Assembly: GCF_964194025.1 (NCBI RefSeq)
Contig: NC_134474.1
Coordinates: 74,338,001-74,402,000, forward strand
From: Convolutriloba macropyga
Taxonomy: Eukaryota
Length of the DNA: 64,000 bases
Direction of reading: 5' to 3'
A model generated the notes under the pieces. The model saw only the letters and a program-made list of their open reading frames with translations. It was not told where the DNA came from and did not search any database. The position numbers and the translations under genes are program-made. This document shows, one piece after another, positions 14,057 to 28,267 of this stretch (its first letter is position 1; every line of letters starts with the position of its first letter).

Positions 14057-15148
14057 AGTTTTCAAAACGATTGTTCCTTATGTTTGACGGATCTCTGAAC
14101 TAGAAGTTCGTCTTTATGAAATTACTATTAAAATTGAAAGTCTTGCAAAATTTGCGCTACTGCCAGGTTACAATTTTCTCCGCAAAATTTTAAAAATTTG
14201 TACGAGAAGGGAAAAACCACTTAAAGGGTTAATGAAAACTAAACAAATTCTAGTCCCTGCGTTTTTTCTATCTTGCACTAATACTATTTCAATTTTGAAA
14301 CTCAATGGCACATTGGCCATATACATGTGATCACGAGTTGAAAAAATGAGCACGTTTATCGGAGTTTGCTAAAATATCCGACCGAATTCCAATAATGTCC
14401 GGCTTTTTAAATTTATTTAGTTCAGCAAAAACTATGCGCATCCAGTGTTGTCCATTTAGTACTGTCACAACCAATGGTGTCTTTGTGTAAACTTTCTTAA
14501 CAAGGAGAGATTTCTGAACTGATTCCTTCTCACGTGATCAAAGGTTGAGATGGGAACAAACCAATGCATTCTTGCACTGATAATTGTTTGCATACCTCAA
14601 TTAGAGGTATTACTAGACATTATAGTTGATATATACCATTACAAAGATTAACATCAATTGTAGATGATTATATTTCACCTGTAGTTACATGTGAAACCTA
14701 AATATTAATTGATGTTAATCTTTATAATGGTAATTAGGGGTAATTTCGGTCTGGAAAGTCTTATCAGAAGAAAATTTGATTCTGGACCTCAACCTGGGAA
14801 GTTAGGGGGGGGGGGTGTTTAAGATTTCTGTATGACTCAAAACAAAACAGTTTCAATAAAGCATATGTTTTTAAATTAATTACTCGACAAATTGCACCCA
14901 ATTTATTTTTCATTTAGCCGAAAAGCAGAGCGTCGTTCTGTTCCTTGATCATGTTGCTGTTTGACTGGCTGTTAGTCTGGCAAAAATATTCCGATCGGTC
15001 ATCTAAGCCATATTTGGTACCCGTACTGTACCTCACCTGGGTGAATTATATAACTAGCGTTAAGTAGAACCCTGCTCTCATTATCACTCATAATCAGCAG
15101 CTGATTTTTAGCTCAAATAAACGTGGTTAAATGGGATTAGGTGAAGGA

Positions 15149-15312
15149 GATCTATTCTGCCCCCCCCCCCCCTCCCCCCAGCTTAGTGGGCTTATATTTT
15201 TTGCGCCCCCAGGCGCATGTGCTGTTTTTAACATAGAAACATGATATATAACAACATATAGTTTGTAACCGGGGGCGTAAAAGACACTGGGGGGGGGGGG
15301 GGGGGACAAAGA
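15149..15312. mobile_element. MITE related to families A/C
   Basis: GATCTATTCTGCCCC terminus and the CAGCTTAGTGGGC..ATATT..TTGCGCCCCCAG.CGCA.GTGC core (reverse of family A). Confidence 0.6.
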
Positions 15313-18264
15313 CACTAAAACACACTAAAAGACACTAAAACAGAATATATCCGGCGAAGAGGTTTTTAAAAGGGTTGATTAAACATTCAGCTTTACGTTT
15401 TTTAAATGTTCGCTCTCAATTAGTTATGTTTCTTCTAAAAACTCCTTGACTAAAAAACATTTCTTAATATTCTTGTAAAGCTTGATCAGAAGACACATAG
15501 CTTACGAACGATTTTCAATCTCTCGTATAACTCTCCGTCAGTACTCCTTGGGGGAAATTCACGTCTTGGGTTAACCAATAAGTGCGCTGATCACGACTTG
15601 TTTTAAAAAATAAATTTGCCAAAACTTAATTGTCAAGACTTCTTCAAATGTTGGAACATTATCCGTACAATTACAACTTTCTTATGTTTCCTACAAACAC
15701 TTGTCATTTTTTCTTAAAAACGCATGTCTTTTAGCTTCAAATATAGCCAAAATATATTTGGCTTTGAACCAGATATTATTTCGAAAAACGATAGGCGCGA
15801 CTACTAACAGTTTATAGGAAAAATCTTCGAATCTATTTTAAACTTTTTTTATTAATGAAAAATTTTTAAGCGAGCTCTTGTTTTTTTTGTTCATTGTGCA
15901 AATTTAGAAACAAAGAAAAGATAATGCAAGCAGTCTCCTGGGATGTTTGAAACAAAGGTGACAACGGGCCCAAAAATTGAATTAAAAACCAACCGTCAAA
16001 AATTCATAAATATCAAAAACGAACAAAGTGTAGAAAAATTTCAATCACGGAGAAAAATACGAGCTGGAGAAAAACGTCATTAGATAACACGTTTAAGTAA
16101 ACTTGGAAAACAGGCTTGAACTCTGATAAACATATTCTTATTTAAAAAAACAGCTCTGGCGAAGTATTAATCAGAAATGGCGTCGCCTTCTGAATTATCT
16201 TACGCTGTAGAGAGAGGGACTTTTAATAAAATTAAACAAAGATTCAGTTTGGTGGAAAAGGCTACACTGTTAATTTGACGATTCTTTTCCTGCGTTTTTG
16301 TTTGTTGTTGCGAGGTCATTGTTTGTTGTTGCAATAAGGCCAGTGATTCCAAATTTTTAATTATCTGTCAAAAACCCATGTCTGCTTTGAAATATCATTC
16401 TCATGAACTGTGCAAATATAACAAAAAACCTTTCTGCGTTCTAACGTTTGTAATTTTTTCATTCTATTCCTCAAAGTTCAAAATGACGAAAAGAGGATGT
16501 CTTGAACAGCCAAAAATTTGTCCTCTAGGCTTCATCCAAGCGACATGGTGAAAATGGGAAAACATACCCGGCAGATTGCCGGAAAACAGCCGCCGTTGAT
16601 TACCATAACTCTATTGGGATTGAAAGAAAAGAAAATATCAACAAAAATTGATTTTTGTACAAAAATATTTTTAGGTTCGATTTATTTTGATGTCATTTTG
16701 TAATTGAACATACTCCTGTCTCTCAGTGAGAGGCTACAGGGTCTAGTATTAATACCAATAAGCCATATAGATAGTAACTAAAACTTATGAAAACAAAGTT
16801 CAATTACCGGGCATCTAAAAATGGGCTTTATGGGTTTATTCCGTTTCTATTTGACTTTGATTTTTTATACTGGCTCTCTTCATTTTGAATTGTTTTGCTG
16901 AGCAGCTGCTGTTTAAAAGGACTTTGAGCAGAATGACAGAAGAGTGAAACTAACCTAGAGAAGTCAAAAAGATCCCACGCAAAATCTCGAAAAAGCGGCA
17001 AAATGGGTAAAGCGAAAAAAAATTTCGACGAAGTAAAAAAAACATAGCAGGACAAGTCCTGACGTACAATTCAAAGAATTTTCATTGACTAATACAAAAA
17101 CTAGACCTAGAACGGACTTTGAATGGATTGGGAAAACATTTAGAAAAAACTCATATCCGAAAAATTGAAAAAACAGTAAAAATCAAAGTGAAATTGCAGC
17201 ATGTGAACAAAAAACAACTAGCGAGAAAGCGAATTTTTGTTCAAACACCGTTCTCTCACTCCACTTTAAATTTAGAGCGAAAAAATTTCACGCCGCAAAA
17301 CCACTCGCTTTTTCGCTCCACTTCCTGTTTCGGCGTGACTAAAATCACTACTCCAATTTGACTTCAAAAATCATGAAAATGTGTGAACAGATCTTAAAAA
17401 AAAGACAGCGCCCCAATACTATTCAAATTCTTTGAATTGTAAAAAATACGAGCGCTATAATAGCCGGCTGAGAAGATGAGGGCGGCTATTAATTATTGAT
17501 GAAAGCAACTGCATTTGGTTAAAGTCCGCCTATTAGTACACCTAGTTATAAAATTTTAATTCCCAATTGTACACCAGCAGTTAATGCGCGCTCTATAAGC
17601 AAAAGTCGCGGGCGTCCAAAAATTTTAAATGGTCATATCGTGTAAACTAGGGGGTCTAAATATGGCGGGTATAAAATTAGGCACTGCAAGATGGGCGCTC
17701 GTTGCATTCGAAAAATTACCTCCTAGACTTAAATTGAGGTTAATTGTTTGAATTTAAACTTTTAAAAATTTGGTTTCCAGGGCCCATATTGTCCAGAGGC
17801 ACCAACTGCCGGTCGCACGTCGAAGTTTAAAATCGCACTTACTGAAAGTCCGTAAAAAGTTACACTATACATTAAAAAGTTTATATCTGCCCCAATCGAT
17901 TTACCACTAATTTTTAGGCTGGTCTGGTAGCTACTGTAAATTGCCTTAAAACGACGGTTGACAGTAGATGATTACTCTCAGTGACAACTCTCTCGTTAAT
18001 GCAAAAATTGACAATATGATTCATTCTCAGGACCAAATTTTTGCCATGATGAATGATTTAAGAAGCATTAAGGAAAATTATTAATAGCAAATACTATAAA
18101 ATGTTTAATTCAATCAATGAACGTCAGATGGCAGTTTTTTTTAAAAAAAAATGACAGCCAACTCAAATTTGGCCACGGATTTTTTTTGTCCTACGTACAC
18201 CCTATATTTATTTAATGTAAAACTATGTCAAATTGGCGCTAAAATTGGAGCAAGAAATTATAAC

Positions 18265-18910
18265 ATAACCGACTAACGTCGGGCGAATTGCTCTCAAACG
18301 ACCGGCGAGCGGTTGGCTTGGTCAGTAGCTAGCCACGGGGGTGGGGGGGGGGGGGGGGGTGCACCGGGGGCTGATGGGGGCAGCACTGGGTGGGGGGGGG
18401 CAAAAGCGCGGTGGGGGGGGGGTGTGGAGCCAATAGTGGGGGTGGGGGGTCAACAAAGGGGGGGGGGGTGTCAACCTCTAAGAACCGCCCCTCACACCAT
18501 AAGTATAAGTATAAGTCTCCAAGACAGTTTGAGCAGAAACAGACCTGAAAGGCTCTAAGAGCACATAATGCCCGCTGGGCGCTACCTGTTTATCCCGTTT
18601 TTGAGGACGAAAAGTCAAAAGCGTCAGACGAAAAATTGGTCAAGCGAAAAATCGCATAAAAAAAGACCGACAGGACTAATATAATTGCTACAAACTTCGT
18701 TTGAGAGCAATTAATAAAGTCCTCTTACAGCCTCAATCTTGATCCGTGTGCCCCCTTTTGCAGCGAATTGTAACCTAAAAGATTTAATAATTTTATGTCG
18801 CTCAAACTCTTTGAGAACTTATTTGAGGGAGGTATTGTCCTTCTTCACTCAACTATATAAAGGTTAATGCTATAACCTCCTTATCGTTAAGTAGACACGC
18901 TCCAGAAAAT
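18265..18910. repeat. Dispersed repeat with G-rich core, copy 2 (block order Y-X); Y is bounded by a 16-bp inverted repeat
   Basis: AATTGCTCTCAAACGA at 18286-18301 and TCGTTTGAGAGCAATT at 18697-18712; similarity to 13471-14056. Confidence 0.75.
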
Positions 18911-18967
18911 AATAAGAGCATTATATGTAGATTACTACGTCATCAGGGTGTTTATTTTACCCTAGCT

Positions 18968-19402
18968 TTACTCTGAAGGTACTGTACGGGTACCAAGTCC
19001 TGCTATATCGCCCTGAGGACCCAGAACAGCCTCCTCTTTTTCTAAAGTCTGGCCACTCCCGTCTAAATCTGGATAGTTGTTGTCATTTGTGACACCCACT
19101 TCCATTGACATGGAAAGACCCTCATGATCCATTTTGTTACTATTATCGATATCTGCACCCCCATTGGCCGCAATTTTCTCCCTGTTCAGTTTGGCCCTGT
19201 TTAACTTTTCCTCATTTTTGCGTCTCTTTTCCTGCTGGATCTCCTTGAGCCTTTGTTTGTTCAACTCGCTCTGTTCCCTCTTGAGCTGTATGTCTTGGGA
19301 GACTTTCTCTTTTAGCCCATCCTCCTTTTCACTCAATTCTGCCTCTGAAACTCTCCTCTGTCGCAGTTGTTCAGACTTCTGTCGTATCTTGTCCTCCCGG
19401 TT
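18968..19402 (-). CDS. STMND1: STMND1-like stathmin-domain protein, exon 5 (last coding exon)
   Basis: Acceptor TGTTTCAG|AAC, phase 0, in frame with ORF 18968-19336; charged coiled coil NREDKIRQKSEQLRQ...EKRRKNEEKL; stop TAA. Confidence 0.75.
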   Translation of the reverse strand, partial: NREDKIRQKSEQLRQRRVSEAELSEKEDGLKEKVSQDIQLKREQSELNKQRLKEIQQEKRRKNEEKLNRAKLNREKIAANGGADIDNSNKMDHEGLSMSMEVGVTNDNNYPDLDGSGQTLEKEEAVLGPQGDIAGLGTRTVPSE

Positions 19403-21264
19403 CTGAAACAGTCAAATCTTACTCAACCAGACCCAAGCCAGCTCTGGCCAGACCAAGTCACGCACGAAGGGCTCACCCTCCAACAGATTCTGCGGCATCC
19501 ACGCTCCAGACTGAATACGTTCAAATAAGGGCCCCATCCAGAGTCCTTCCGGCAGGGTCTGATCAGGGGACTGCCTACGGGGGTGGGGGGGGGGGGGGGG
19601 GGATGACTCCTCGAACTCTTGCCCCCTCCACCCAGCGGGACTACATTATAGATTGTTGCCATATTGGCAAATTCAAGGGACGAGTAAACTTACACGAAGC
19701 AGTAAGCTATAGTATGTCCCATAAAGTTGCAATACAAGCGAACGTTCGAAAACCACCTGACGTGCAAATGAACATCAAAATGCTGATAGATACTCGTCCT
19801 GAATTTGACCTTTGACCTTTGAAACTACCGATAGCGTTGCAACTTTATGGGACTGACTGTAAATTCATTTAACAATCGCAATACATGGACGAGAGTGTCT
19901 CAAATGGGACTTCGCTTACATTTGTACTTTTGAGAAAATTAAGAATATTGGTTCCTGTATTAGTTAAAGGAAGTCCGAGCGATGTGATAATTCAACACCC
20001 AGTGAATCGAAACTTGAAACATCTTGATAAGAAGGCTTATTAAAACTTGACAAATGGCAAGTTTTACTAGGTAAAGATAATTAAAAAATAAAGTAATTAA
20101 AAGCCATTTTGGTAACTAACATCCGATATCCTCAAACTTATCAATTCGAACAAGTCTGCGGTCTATAAGGCAGGAAACACCTCATCTTGACCTTGCCCAA
20201 AAACAAGCTGACCTCTGATGAGACCAAGCTCGACTAAATTCACGCTCAGACGCCCTGGAGAAAATTGATCTTTAATCAGAACTTTTTGAGGTCAAATTTT
20301 TTTGTGCATTTATAGTTAGTTTGATGAAATCACAGATTAGACACATTTCCGACTACTGACCAGACAAGTTCGAACTTATTGTGTTCAATCACAGTGCACT
20401 CACAATCGCTCGTATAGCTAGATGTAAAAATACCAATCACTCAATTAGCATGTATAAAAGTGATCAAAAATGGTAATTTTTTAGGGTGGGTTATCTTTAC
20501 ACAAAATTTACTCACTTATGATCAGGTACTTAATTGTGGTTATAACAACATGCACGAAAAAGTGAGACGTTTACCTAAAGTGAAATGAATTTCGAAACTT
20601 GTATAACTTAATGTATGACTAAAGAAATTATACTACGAAAAATTGATATAAAAATGAGCAAAGTTGATTAAGGAAATAAAAAATGAAACGAAAAAAAAAA
20701 CGAAAGATAAAAATCTCACGTGAAAAATGCTCTAAAAAACTCAAATCTCATGGGTGTAAAAGAATTTCTATTAGAACAGAAAAATTGCTCAACAAATTTG
20801 AACTCAGAATTGCTGAGACTATATCTGCTGAACTAACTAGATCATTGAGCACTCCAAATTTGATCCCATATCGCGTCAGTTAGACAGATCTAACAAACAG
20901 ACCCCATGTGTAATCTGCAAAACACTGCTGACTACGAAAAGGCTACCCAGAAGATTTTTGTAAGAATTCAAGATTGTAATTCATAGTTCAAGATGGTACC
21001 CCCCCCCCCCCCGTCATTCAAATATATGAACTAAGGAAAGATGTTCGAGTATGATTAGCATATGAGAACAATTGTGATTGTTTTCTATCACGTTTTCTAT
21101 TTTTGCAATTAAACAAAAAAATTAATGAAAAAAATTATATGAAGCTATCAAAGTTGGCATCGGATACTGACTTCACTGGTGTATAGACTTTGAATCCCAA
21201 ATATGTTCAAACAATTTTAATTTGGTAATTAAAAATAAAAACGAGGAAAGGTAAGGAACACATA

Positions 21265-21854
21265 CTAGAGAGTATACTCTAGCAGACAGTGTTTTGAAAT
21301 TTTTGTTCGAGGTATTTAGGTAGTTTTCGGACTATATGCGACTTGTTATTCTTAAATATGGCGAATTAAAGTATATACAGATAAAATATATAATTTTATC
21401 TGTCATAAAAAAAACTTTAATTTGGGAGCTCGACAAAATAATAATTTCACCCGGATACAATAAACGTATATAGAGCCGCATTAATACAACGAAACTTTGA
21501 CCGATTTTCGTTTGTCAACACGCTATCACTCATAACCAAAAATGAACGCTAACAAAAATGTACTGCAAGAATCTATAAAGAAACTATAAGAAAACTATAA
21601 AAGTCAAAAACTAATTGGTTGCTGTAAGAATATTTTCTGCAGTTCCTCAAAAGATAGGAGCCAAAAACACCAAAACGAAACTAAAGTACACATTTCCAGC
21701 TCAATTTTTAGAAAGTGGTTTTAATAATCATCTATTTTTTCCTCGTACTTTAATTCGCCATAGTTAAGAACAACAAGTCGCATATAGTCCGAAAACTACC
21801 TAAATACCTCGAACAAAAATTTCAAAACACTGTCTGCTAGAGTATACTCTCTAG
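21265..21854. mobile_element. MITE with 109-bp TIRs and TA target duplication (Tc1/mariner-type)
   Basis: 21265-21373 is the near-perfect reverse complement of 21746-21854 (CTAGAGAGTATACTCTAGCAGACAGTG...); TA on both flanks. Confidence 0.88.
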
Positions 21855-21928
21855 TAATTATGTTGTGATCACAAGATAGAGCTTGAAATGATAGCTCAAA
21901 AAAGAGAGCATAGTAAGACTCTTGCAAT

Positions 21929-22010
21929 GTCGACCAGTTGGTTCAGTAGAGAGCACAGGATTGCAATTAATTAAGAGATTGTGGGGTCGCAACCCGCTAC
22001 TATCCCAATT
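21929..22010 (+). mobile_element. Possible tRNA-derived SINE head
   Basis: A-box-like TGGTTCAGTAGAG and B-box-like GGTCGCAACCC at tRNA-like spacing; no clean cloverleaf. Confidence 0.35.
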
Positions 22011-22301
22011 TTTACCCTCACTATAAGGGTGTTGACAAACAATCAAAACAACCAGCATAGAGTTACTCTGATACTGTCTAACATGGATTTACAGAAACTC
22101 ATTTCAGTTTTTCTAGTTAACAAGAGTTAGTTGTTTATAAACAAAACAAAGTGCGCCCACATGGTATGATCTAAATCAAGATAATGATTTTCTTAATTCT
22201 GCCAAACCAATTTCTCTAATTCAAAATTTCATAAGACTTTATGTAAAAGTTTTTTTGTAACTAAAGATTTGCTTACATGAAGATTTGCTTACATGAATTA
22301 C

Positions 22302-25300
22302 AGAGTAATCTAAAAGTAATGCCGTCAAAGCAAAATAAAAAAGACGCTACAAACATGTTAGTGGAGATTGGTGCAAAACGCGGAGCCCAAGCCAAAGTCT
22401 AATCGTTTTTTTTAATAAATACTCGCAAACTTTCTTCAAGCATTCAAATATTAAAACCAAAATTAATCCGTATTGATGCAATGTTGTATATTGAGAAGTC
22501 AAAAACTTTTGAAATAAGACTTTTTTAGTTTTTTATAAATTATTTTACATCCAGATTTGTTGATCGGATAATGATCAAATTTTCTAACCAACAAAATTTC
22601 CAACTGCGCTGGCAATGCATGTCTCAGAATAAAAAACAGTTAAAAACTACTTTACCGCTGATAATTAATTCATTTTTTTTCAATTTGTTTTACCATCCAG
22701 TTTTTGACGCACTGGTTTTACATCGCTTCATGTGTTGATTACTATCTCCAGTTTAATTTTTACATTATCGTAACAATTAGTTACGATAATAGGTATCTAT
22801 AAAGTTTCCGAACCGTCTTTTTATGGAGCAATTACAAACGGTGTACTGTTGAAAAAGAACAGGTACCAGGTCGAGTTCCTCCTTCAACATGACGTTTGAA
22901 AATACACATCCAGATCAATTTTTTCATGAAAATAACCAGAGACTTCAAGATAACATATGATCCAGACTTTGGTTCGTTCAAAATTTTGGTCGCGTCATGA
23001 GTGCGTTAGAAAGTCATTACCAATAGACTCCTCCAAACCAAAATAGGGACGAACCAAAATTCAGTTTGTTCAAGTCGTAAAAAGTATGAAGAAGACTGAA
23101 GAATAATCATCATTTATGGCACCAATCTGGCGGTGTTAATGCGTTTTGCGGGCTAACTTCAGACTCAACCCAATAAATTGAATACTGTTGTATGATAAGC
23201 ACATTTTGGCTTCTATTTTGGGTGACAAAAGGTTTTGATGGCAACTAAAAAGTTGCTCAGCAGAGAGAGAGAGAGAGAGAGAGACGAGAGGGTTGATTAC
23301 AACGATATGAGTAGAAAGATAGACAGAGAAAAAGAGCAGTTGGTTCTTACAAGCAATTTTAAGTAATTTTCATTTGCGCGTTTGTAGCCAAGCAGGAGAA
23401 AATTGTTTTCAAACAAATCTCTATAGAGACAAATAGATATAAACCACCGAAATTAGGCTACAAATTGACGAAAAACGGCTAGAAGCCTATGCAGATTCTC
23501 TACAAGGCCGTCGTAGAGATTGAAGTTTCCATGCATGTGATCTAATGAATTAAGCAGTGAATTAATGAATTGTGAAAAGATTTATATGGTTATTGCTTGG
23601 AGTGGAATAGAGTAACCTAAAAGTAATGCCGTCAAAGCAAAATAAAAAAGACGCTACAAACATGTGAGTGGAGATAGGTGCAAAACGCGGAGCCTATGAC
23701 AAAGTCTAATCGTTTTTTTAATAAATACTCTCAAACTGTCTTCAAGCATTCAAATATTAAAATTAAAATTAATCCGTATTAATGCAATGTTGTATATTGA
23801 GAAGTCAAAAACTTTTGAAAATAAGAATTTTTTAGTTTTTTAGAAATTAATTTACATCCAGATTTGTTGATCGGATAATGATCAAATTTTCTAACCAACA
23901 AAATTTCCAACTGCGCTGGCAATGCATGTCTCAGAAAAAAAACAGTTAAAAACTACTTTACGGCTGTTAATAATTCATTTTTTTCAATTTGAATTACCAA
24001 CCAGTTTTGGCGGACTGGTTTTACATCACTTCATGTGCTGATTAATATTTCCAGTTTCAATTTTACATTATCCTAACAATTAGTTACAAACAAAGGTATC
24101 TATAAAGTTTCCGAACCATCTTTTCATGGAGCAATTCAAAACGGTGAACTGTTGAAAAAGAACAAGTACCAGGTCGAGATCCTCCTTCAACATGACGTAT
24201 GAAAATACACATCCAGATCAATTTTCTCATGAAAATAACCAGAGACTTCAAAATCACATATGATCCAGACTTTGGCTCGTTCAAAGTTTTGGTCCCGTCA
24301 TGAGTGCGTTAGAAAGTCATTACCAATAGACCCGCACAAACCAAAATGGGTACGAACCAGAATTCAGCTCGTTCAAGTGAGAAAAAGTATGAAGACTGGA
24401 AAAGACTCAACATTTATGGCACCAGTTTGGCGGTGTTAAACCGTTTTGCGGGTTAATTCCAATCTACAGTCAATACATTTTAGACAGTGCTATGGTAAGC
24501 ACATTTTGGCGTTTATTTTGGATGACAAAAGGTTTTGATGCCATCTTAAATTAGCTCAGCTGAGAGATACAAATAGATATAAACCACCGAAATAAGGCTA
24601 CAAATTGACGGAAAACTGCTAGAAGCCTATGCAGATTCTCTACAAGGCCGTCATAGGGATTGAAAGTTCCATGCTTGTGATCTAATGAATTAACCAGTGA
24701 ATTAATGAATTGTGAAAAGATTTATATGGTTATTGCTTGGAGTGGAATAGAGTAATCTAAAAGTAATGCCGTCAAAGCAAAATAAAAAAGACGCTACAAA
24801 CATGTGAGTGGAGATTGGTGCAAAACGCGGAGCCCAAGCCAAAGTCTAATCGTTTTTTTAATAAATACTCGCAAACTTTCTTCAAGCATTCAAATATTAA
24901 AACCAAAATTAATCCGTATTGATGCAATGTTGTATATTGAGAAGTCAAAAACTTTTGAAATAAGAATTTTTTAGTTTTTTAGAAATTATTTTACATCCAG
25001 ATTTGTTGATCGGATGATGATCAAATTTTCTAACCAACAAAATTTCCAACTGCGCTGGCAATGCATGTCTCAGAATAAAAAACAGTTAAAAACTACTTTA
25101 CGGCTGATAATTAATTCATTTTTTTTTCAATTTGATTTACCAACCAGTTTTTGACGCACTGGTTTTACATCGTTTCATGTGTTGATTACTATCTCCAGTT
25201 TAATTTTTACATTATCGTAACAATTAGTTACGATAATAGGTATCTATAAAGTTTCCGAACCATCTTTTTATGGAGCAATTAAAAATGGTGTACTGTTGAA

Positions 25301-25781
25301 AAAGAACAAGTACCAGGTCGAGATCCTCCTTCAACATGACGTATGAAAATACACATCCAGATCAACTTTCTCGTGAAAATAACCAGAGACTTCAAAATCA
25401 CTTATGATCCAGACTTTGGCTCGTTCAAAATTTTGGTCGCGTCATGAGTGCGTTAGAAAGTCATTGCCAATAGACTCGTCCAAACCAAATTCAGCTTGTT
25501 CAAGTCATAAAAAGTATGAAGAAGACTGAAGAATAATCAACATTTATGGCACCAATCTGGCGGTGTTAATGCGTTTTGCGGGCTAACTTCAGACTCAACC
25601 CACTAAATTGAATACTGTTGAATGGTAAGCACATTTTGGCTTCTATTTTGGGTGACAAAAGGTTTTGATGGCAACTAAAAAGTTGCTCAGCAGAGAGAGA
25701 GAGAGAGAGAGACGAGAGGGTTGATTACAAAGATATGAGTAGAAAGATAGACAGAGAAAAAGAGCAGTTGGTTCTTACAAG
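22302..25781. repeat. Tandem repeat of a ~1.1-1.3-kb unit (3 copies, the last truncated)
   Basis: Unit start AGAGTAA(T/C)CTAAAAGTAATGCCGTCAAAGC at 22302, 23609 and 24749; colinear throughout. Confidence 0.95.
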
Positions 25782-26236
25782 AGCTTCCTGAAACAAATTC
25801 ACAGGTGCTGTTAAGCAATTTCCAGATCTCTTCCGTCTGTTCCCCTTCTCTGAACGTTATGCAACCCTCAATTTATAGAATATGTCATTATAGTAAATTA
25901 TTATATCAATATGTAAAATGTGGCACGTGCTCCTGAGCTAGATAATAATACTCACCCACTAAGCTTCGGGGGGGGGGGGGGATACCCTACACTGATGTGA
26001 TCTCATCGTCAGTTTTGAATTCAAAAATCATCGTCTATCATTAACAAGATACCTTTAACAATAACCACATTCAATCTAACTCTTTTATTAAATAGCTCAA
26101 GAAGGATCTTCAATACTAAATTATTGAACTCTGACATCTCACAACCCAGCATAAACTTCATCATGTTTTTAAATGGTGGCTTGAATATACCAAAAATGCG
26201 ATATGAGCGAATGGTCAAAATAAAGTAAAGATGAAG

Positions 26237-26535
26237 ACCCAGGTTTAGGTCCAGACCCAAATTGAGCCATGATCAGACTATCCAGTCTGAAATGACCTCT
26301 GATCAGACTTTCCAGATCAAAGTTACCTCTGATCAGCCCTTCCAGACCAAAATGATCTCTAAACAGACTTTCCAGACCAAATGTCCTATGATCAGACCGA
26401 TCCTAGACCTTTGTCCAGACTATACTGCGCTTATGGTCAGACTCAACTCAGACCATTGTCCAGACTATAAAAAAGACTATGATCAGACCTTCTGGACCAA
26501 ATTGACCGCTTAACAGACTCAATCTAGACCAAATC
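26237..26535. repeat. Degenerate ~30-bp minisatellite (GATCAGACTTTCCAGACCAAAATGACCTCT-like)
   Basis: Repeated GATCAGAC...CCAGACCAAA motif at roughly 30-bp period. Confidence 0.75.
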
Positions 26536-27962
26536 TGGTAAAATGCACATTTTCTCTGTTTCAAACTTAAAAGTAAGCTAAGTAACCACAATCGGAAATT
26601 TTTGTTTGTTGAAAATCCAAATTGGTATATAAAAATGAATTGCTTTGACCTCGTTTTGGTGGCCTGTGTTCACGATCAAGCGAAAAACCAGTAATCATAC
26701 AAGGTCAATTATATGTTTATGATTTTTTGATTAACTTAAACACAAGTGTCATACAAAAATAAAGCACGTTGAAGCAACCACAACTGTAACGTCCAATTGT
26801 CCTGAAATATCAATACTTTGCTTTTTGTAAATTTCTGTTACTCATACTTTGTTATATTCGGAAGGCACCACCCAAGCTGAGGTCCGAGACCGAAAGTTGA
26901 TAGACCGATCCAGACGAAACATCTCTATGTCCAGACCGTTCCAGACGGAGAGTACCTATGTCCGGACTTCCATGAGTTCACAAGCATTCATGCGTTCATC
27001 GTGCGTTCAAAAGATCATGCAAAAAAATATCAAGAGTTTTGTGCTTTTAAGAGAAACTACCTCCAGAAAATGCTCACAGTTACTTATGTACAGACTATCG
27101 TGTGTTCAAAGCTTGTATATGTTTCGACTTTGGTGCTTTCATTAATGTTATTGATGTTTCCAGATTGTATTTGAGTGCCCTTCAACCTTCTGAAAAATCT
27201 CTAGGACCAGCTACGAAAAATAATTTTTCAGACTTAATCTAATATCGATAAAAATCTGATTTTCAAAATCTACATAGCAATTAATGAGAATCATTGAAGC
27301 ATTTTTTTGCTTCATCAATTCCTAAACATTGTCAAAACTGCTCAGCAGGTTGTATGCGATTCCTCTCTTTTCAGATGTACAATTAAAACATCTAACAAAC
27401 TATCCCAGCTTTGTGCGTAATTAAAAAATATTGAAAAGGCACATGACAAAAGCATTCTGAGAAACAGCTTTAAATCAGAAAATCAGAGCTGAATACTAAA
27501 CACATTTTTTTTCTTTTAAAAACTTTTTTCTGTGACCTTATATTGTGCAAAAATCTTCTTCTTCTTTACATTGTAAGTATTAAACAATTAAAAGGCAAAA
27601 ATATCCTAAGAAGTTGTATTTGATCAAAATTTTTTCTAAAATTTGAGAGTCCAAGTTGGATTCAGCAAACGATCAATTTTCTGAGACAATTGAGATCGAA
27701 CAAATATAAATGACGCAACAGAACAAGCTGAAAAAATGCAAAAAGAAACAGCCATAGTTGCAAGAGAAAGAAGTTGGCCTTGATTTTCTCATAAACTGTT
27801 TACAAATCAAGCAAGTGAATTCTTGGATTTTTAGTAGTCAATTCCAAGTAGTCAATTTTTGAAGTAACTTTTTGGTTATTTTGGAATGAAGAGTTTGAGA
27901 TAATTAAAAGATCATTAGGTTCCATATCAACTCTTACATTTAAATAAAAAAAATGAACTAAC

Positions 27963-28267
27963 TTTTCTTCTAATTTCCGCCCTTTTCTGTTTTGCTTCCA
28001 GCTGTTCCAGAGATGTCTGGATGGGGGGCAGACTCTGCAACCTCTGGATCCGATTGGGGGGCAAAGGTGGCAGCATCCGGCCCATTCCACCCTGACCCAT
28101 GTCCCCCGCTCCTCCCCCTCCTCCCTCGCCCTCTATGCTGTCTGTACTATTTGACATACCAGACTCGTGTTGTTGTTGTTGTGTTCGTTTGGTTGGGTTA
28201 GAGTGATCGATTTCGATGTTGAAAGCTAATGAGGTGCCGCATCTGTTTGTCTTCAGAGGGACGATGC
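27963..28267 (-). CDS. STMND1: STMND1-like protein, exon 4 (stathmin motifs)
   Basis: Acceptor CCACTTCAG|GC (phase 1), donor AAA|GTTAGT (phase 0); encodes GIVPLKTNRCGTSLAFNIEI...PPNRIQRL...TSLEQLEAKQKRAEIRRK, matching the stathmin GQAFELIL and SLEEIQKKLEAAEERRK motifs. Confidence 0.82.

Noticed and set aside
18313-18558. Gly-rich ORF (also 13584-13862 and Pro/Gly ORFs in MITEs)
   Set aside because: These arise from poly-G/poly-C tracts in repeats, and the frames differ between copies.
21929-22010. Functional tRNA gene
   Set aside because: The B box is degenerate and the acceptor stem does not pair; at most a SINE relic.
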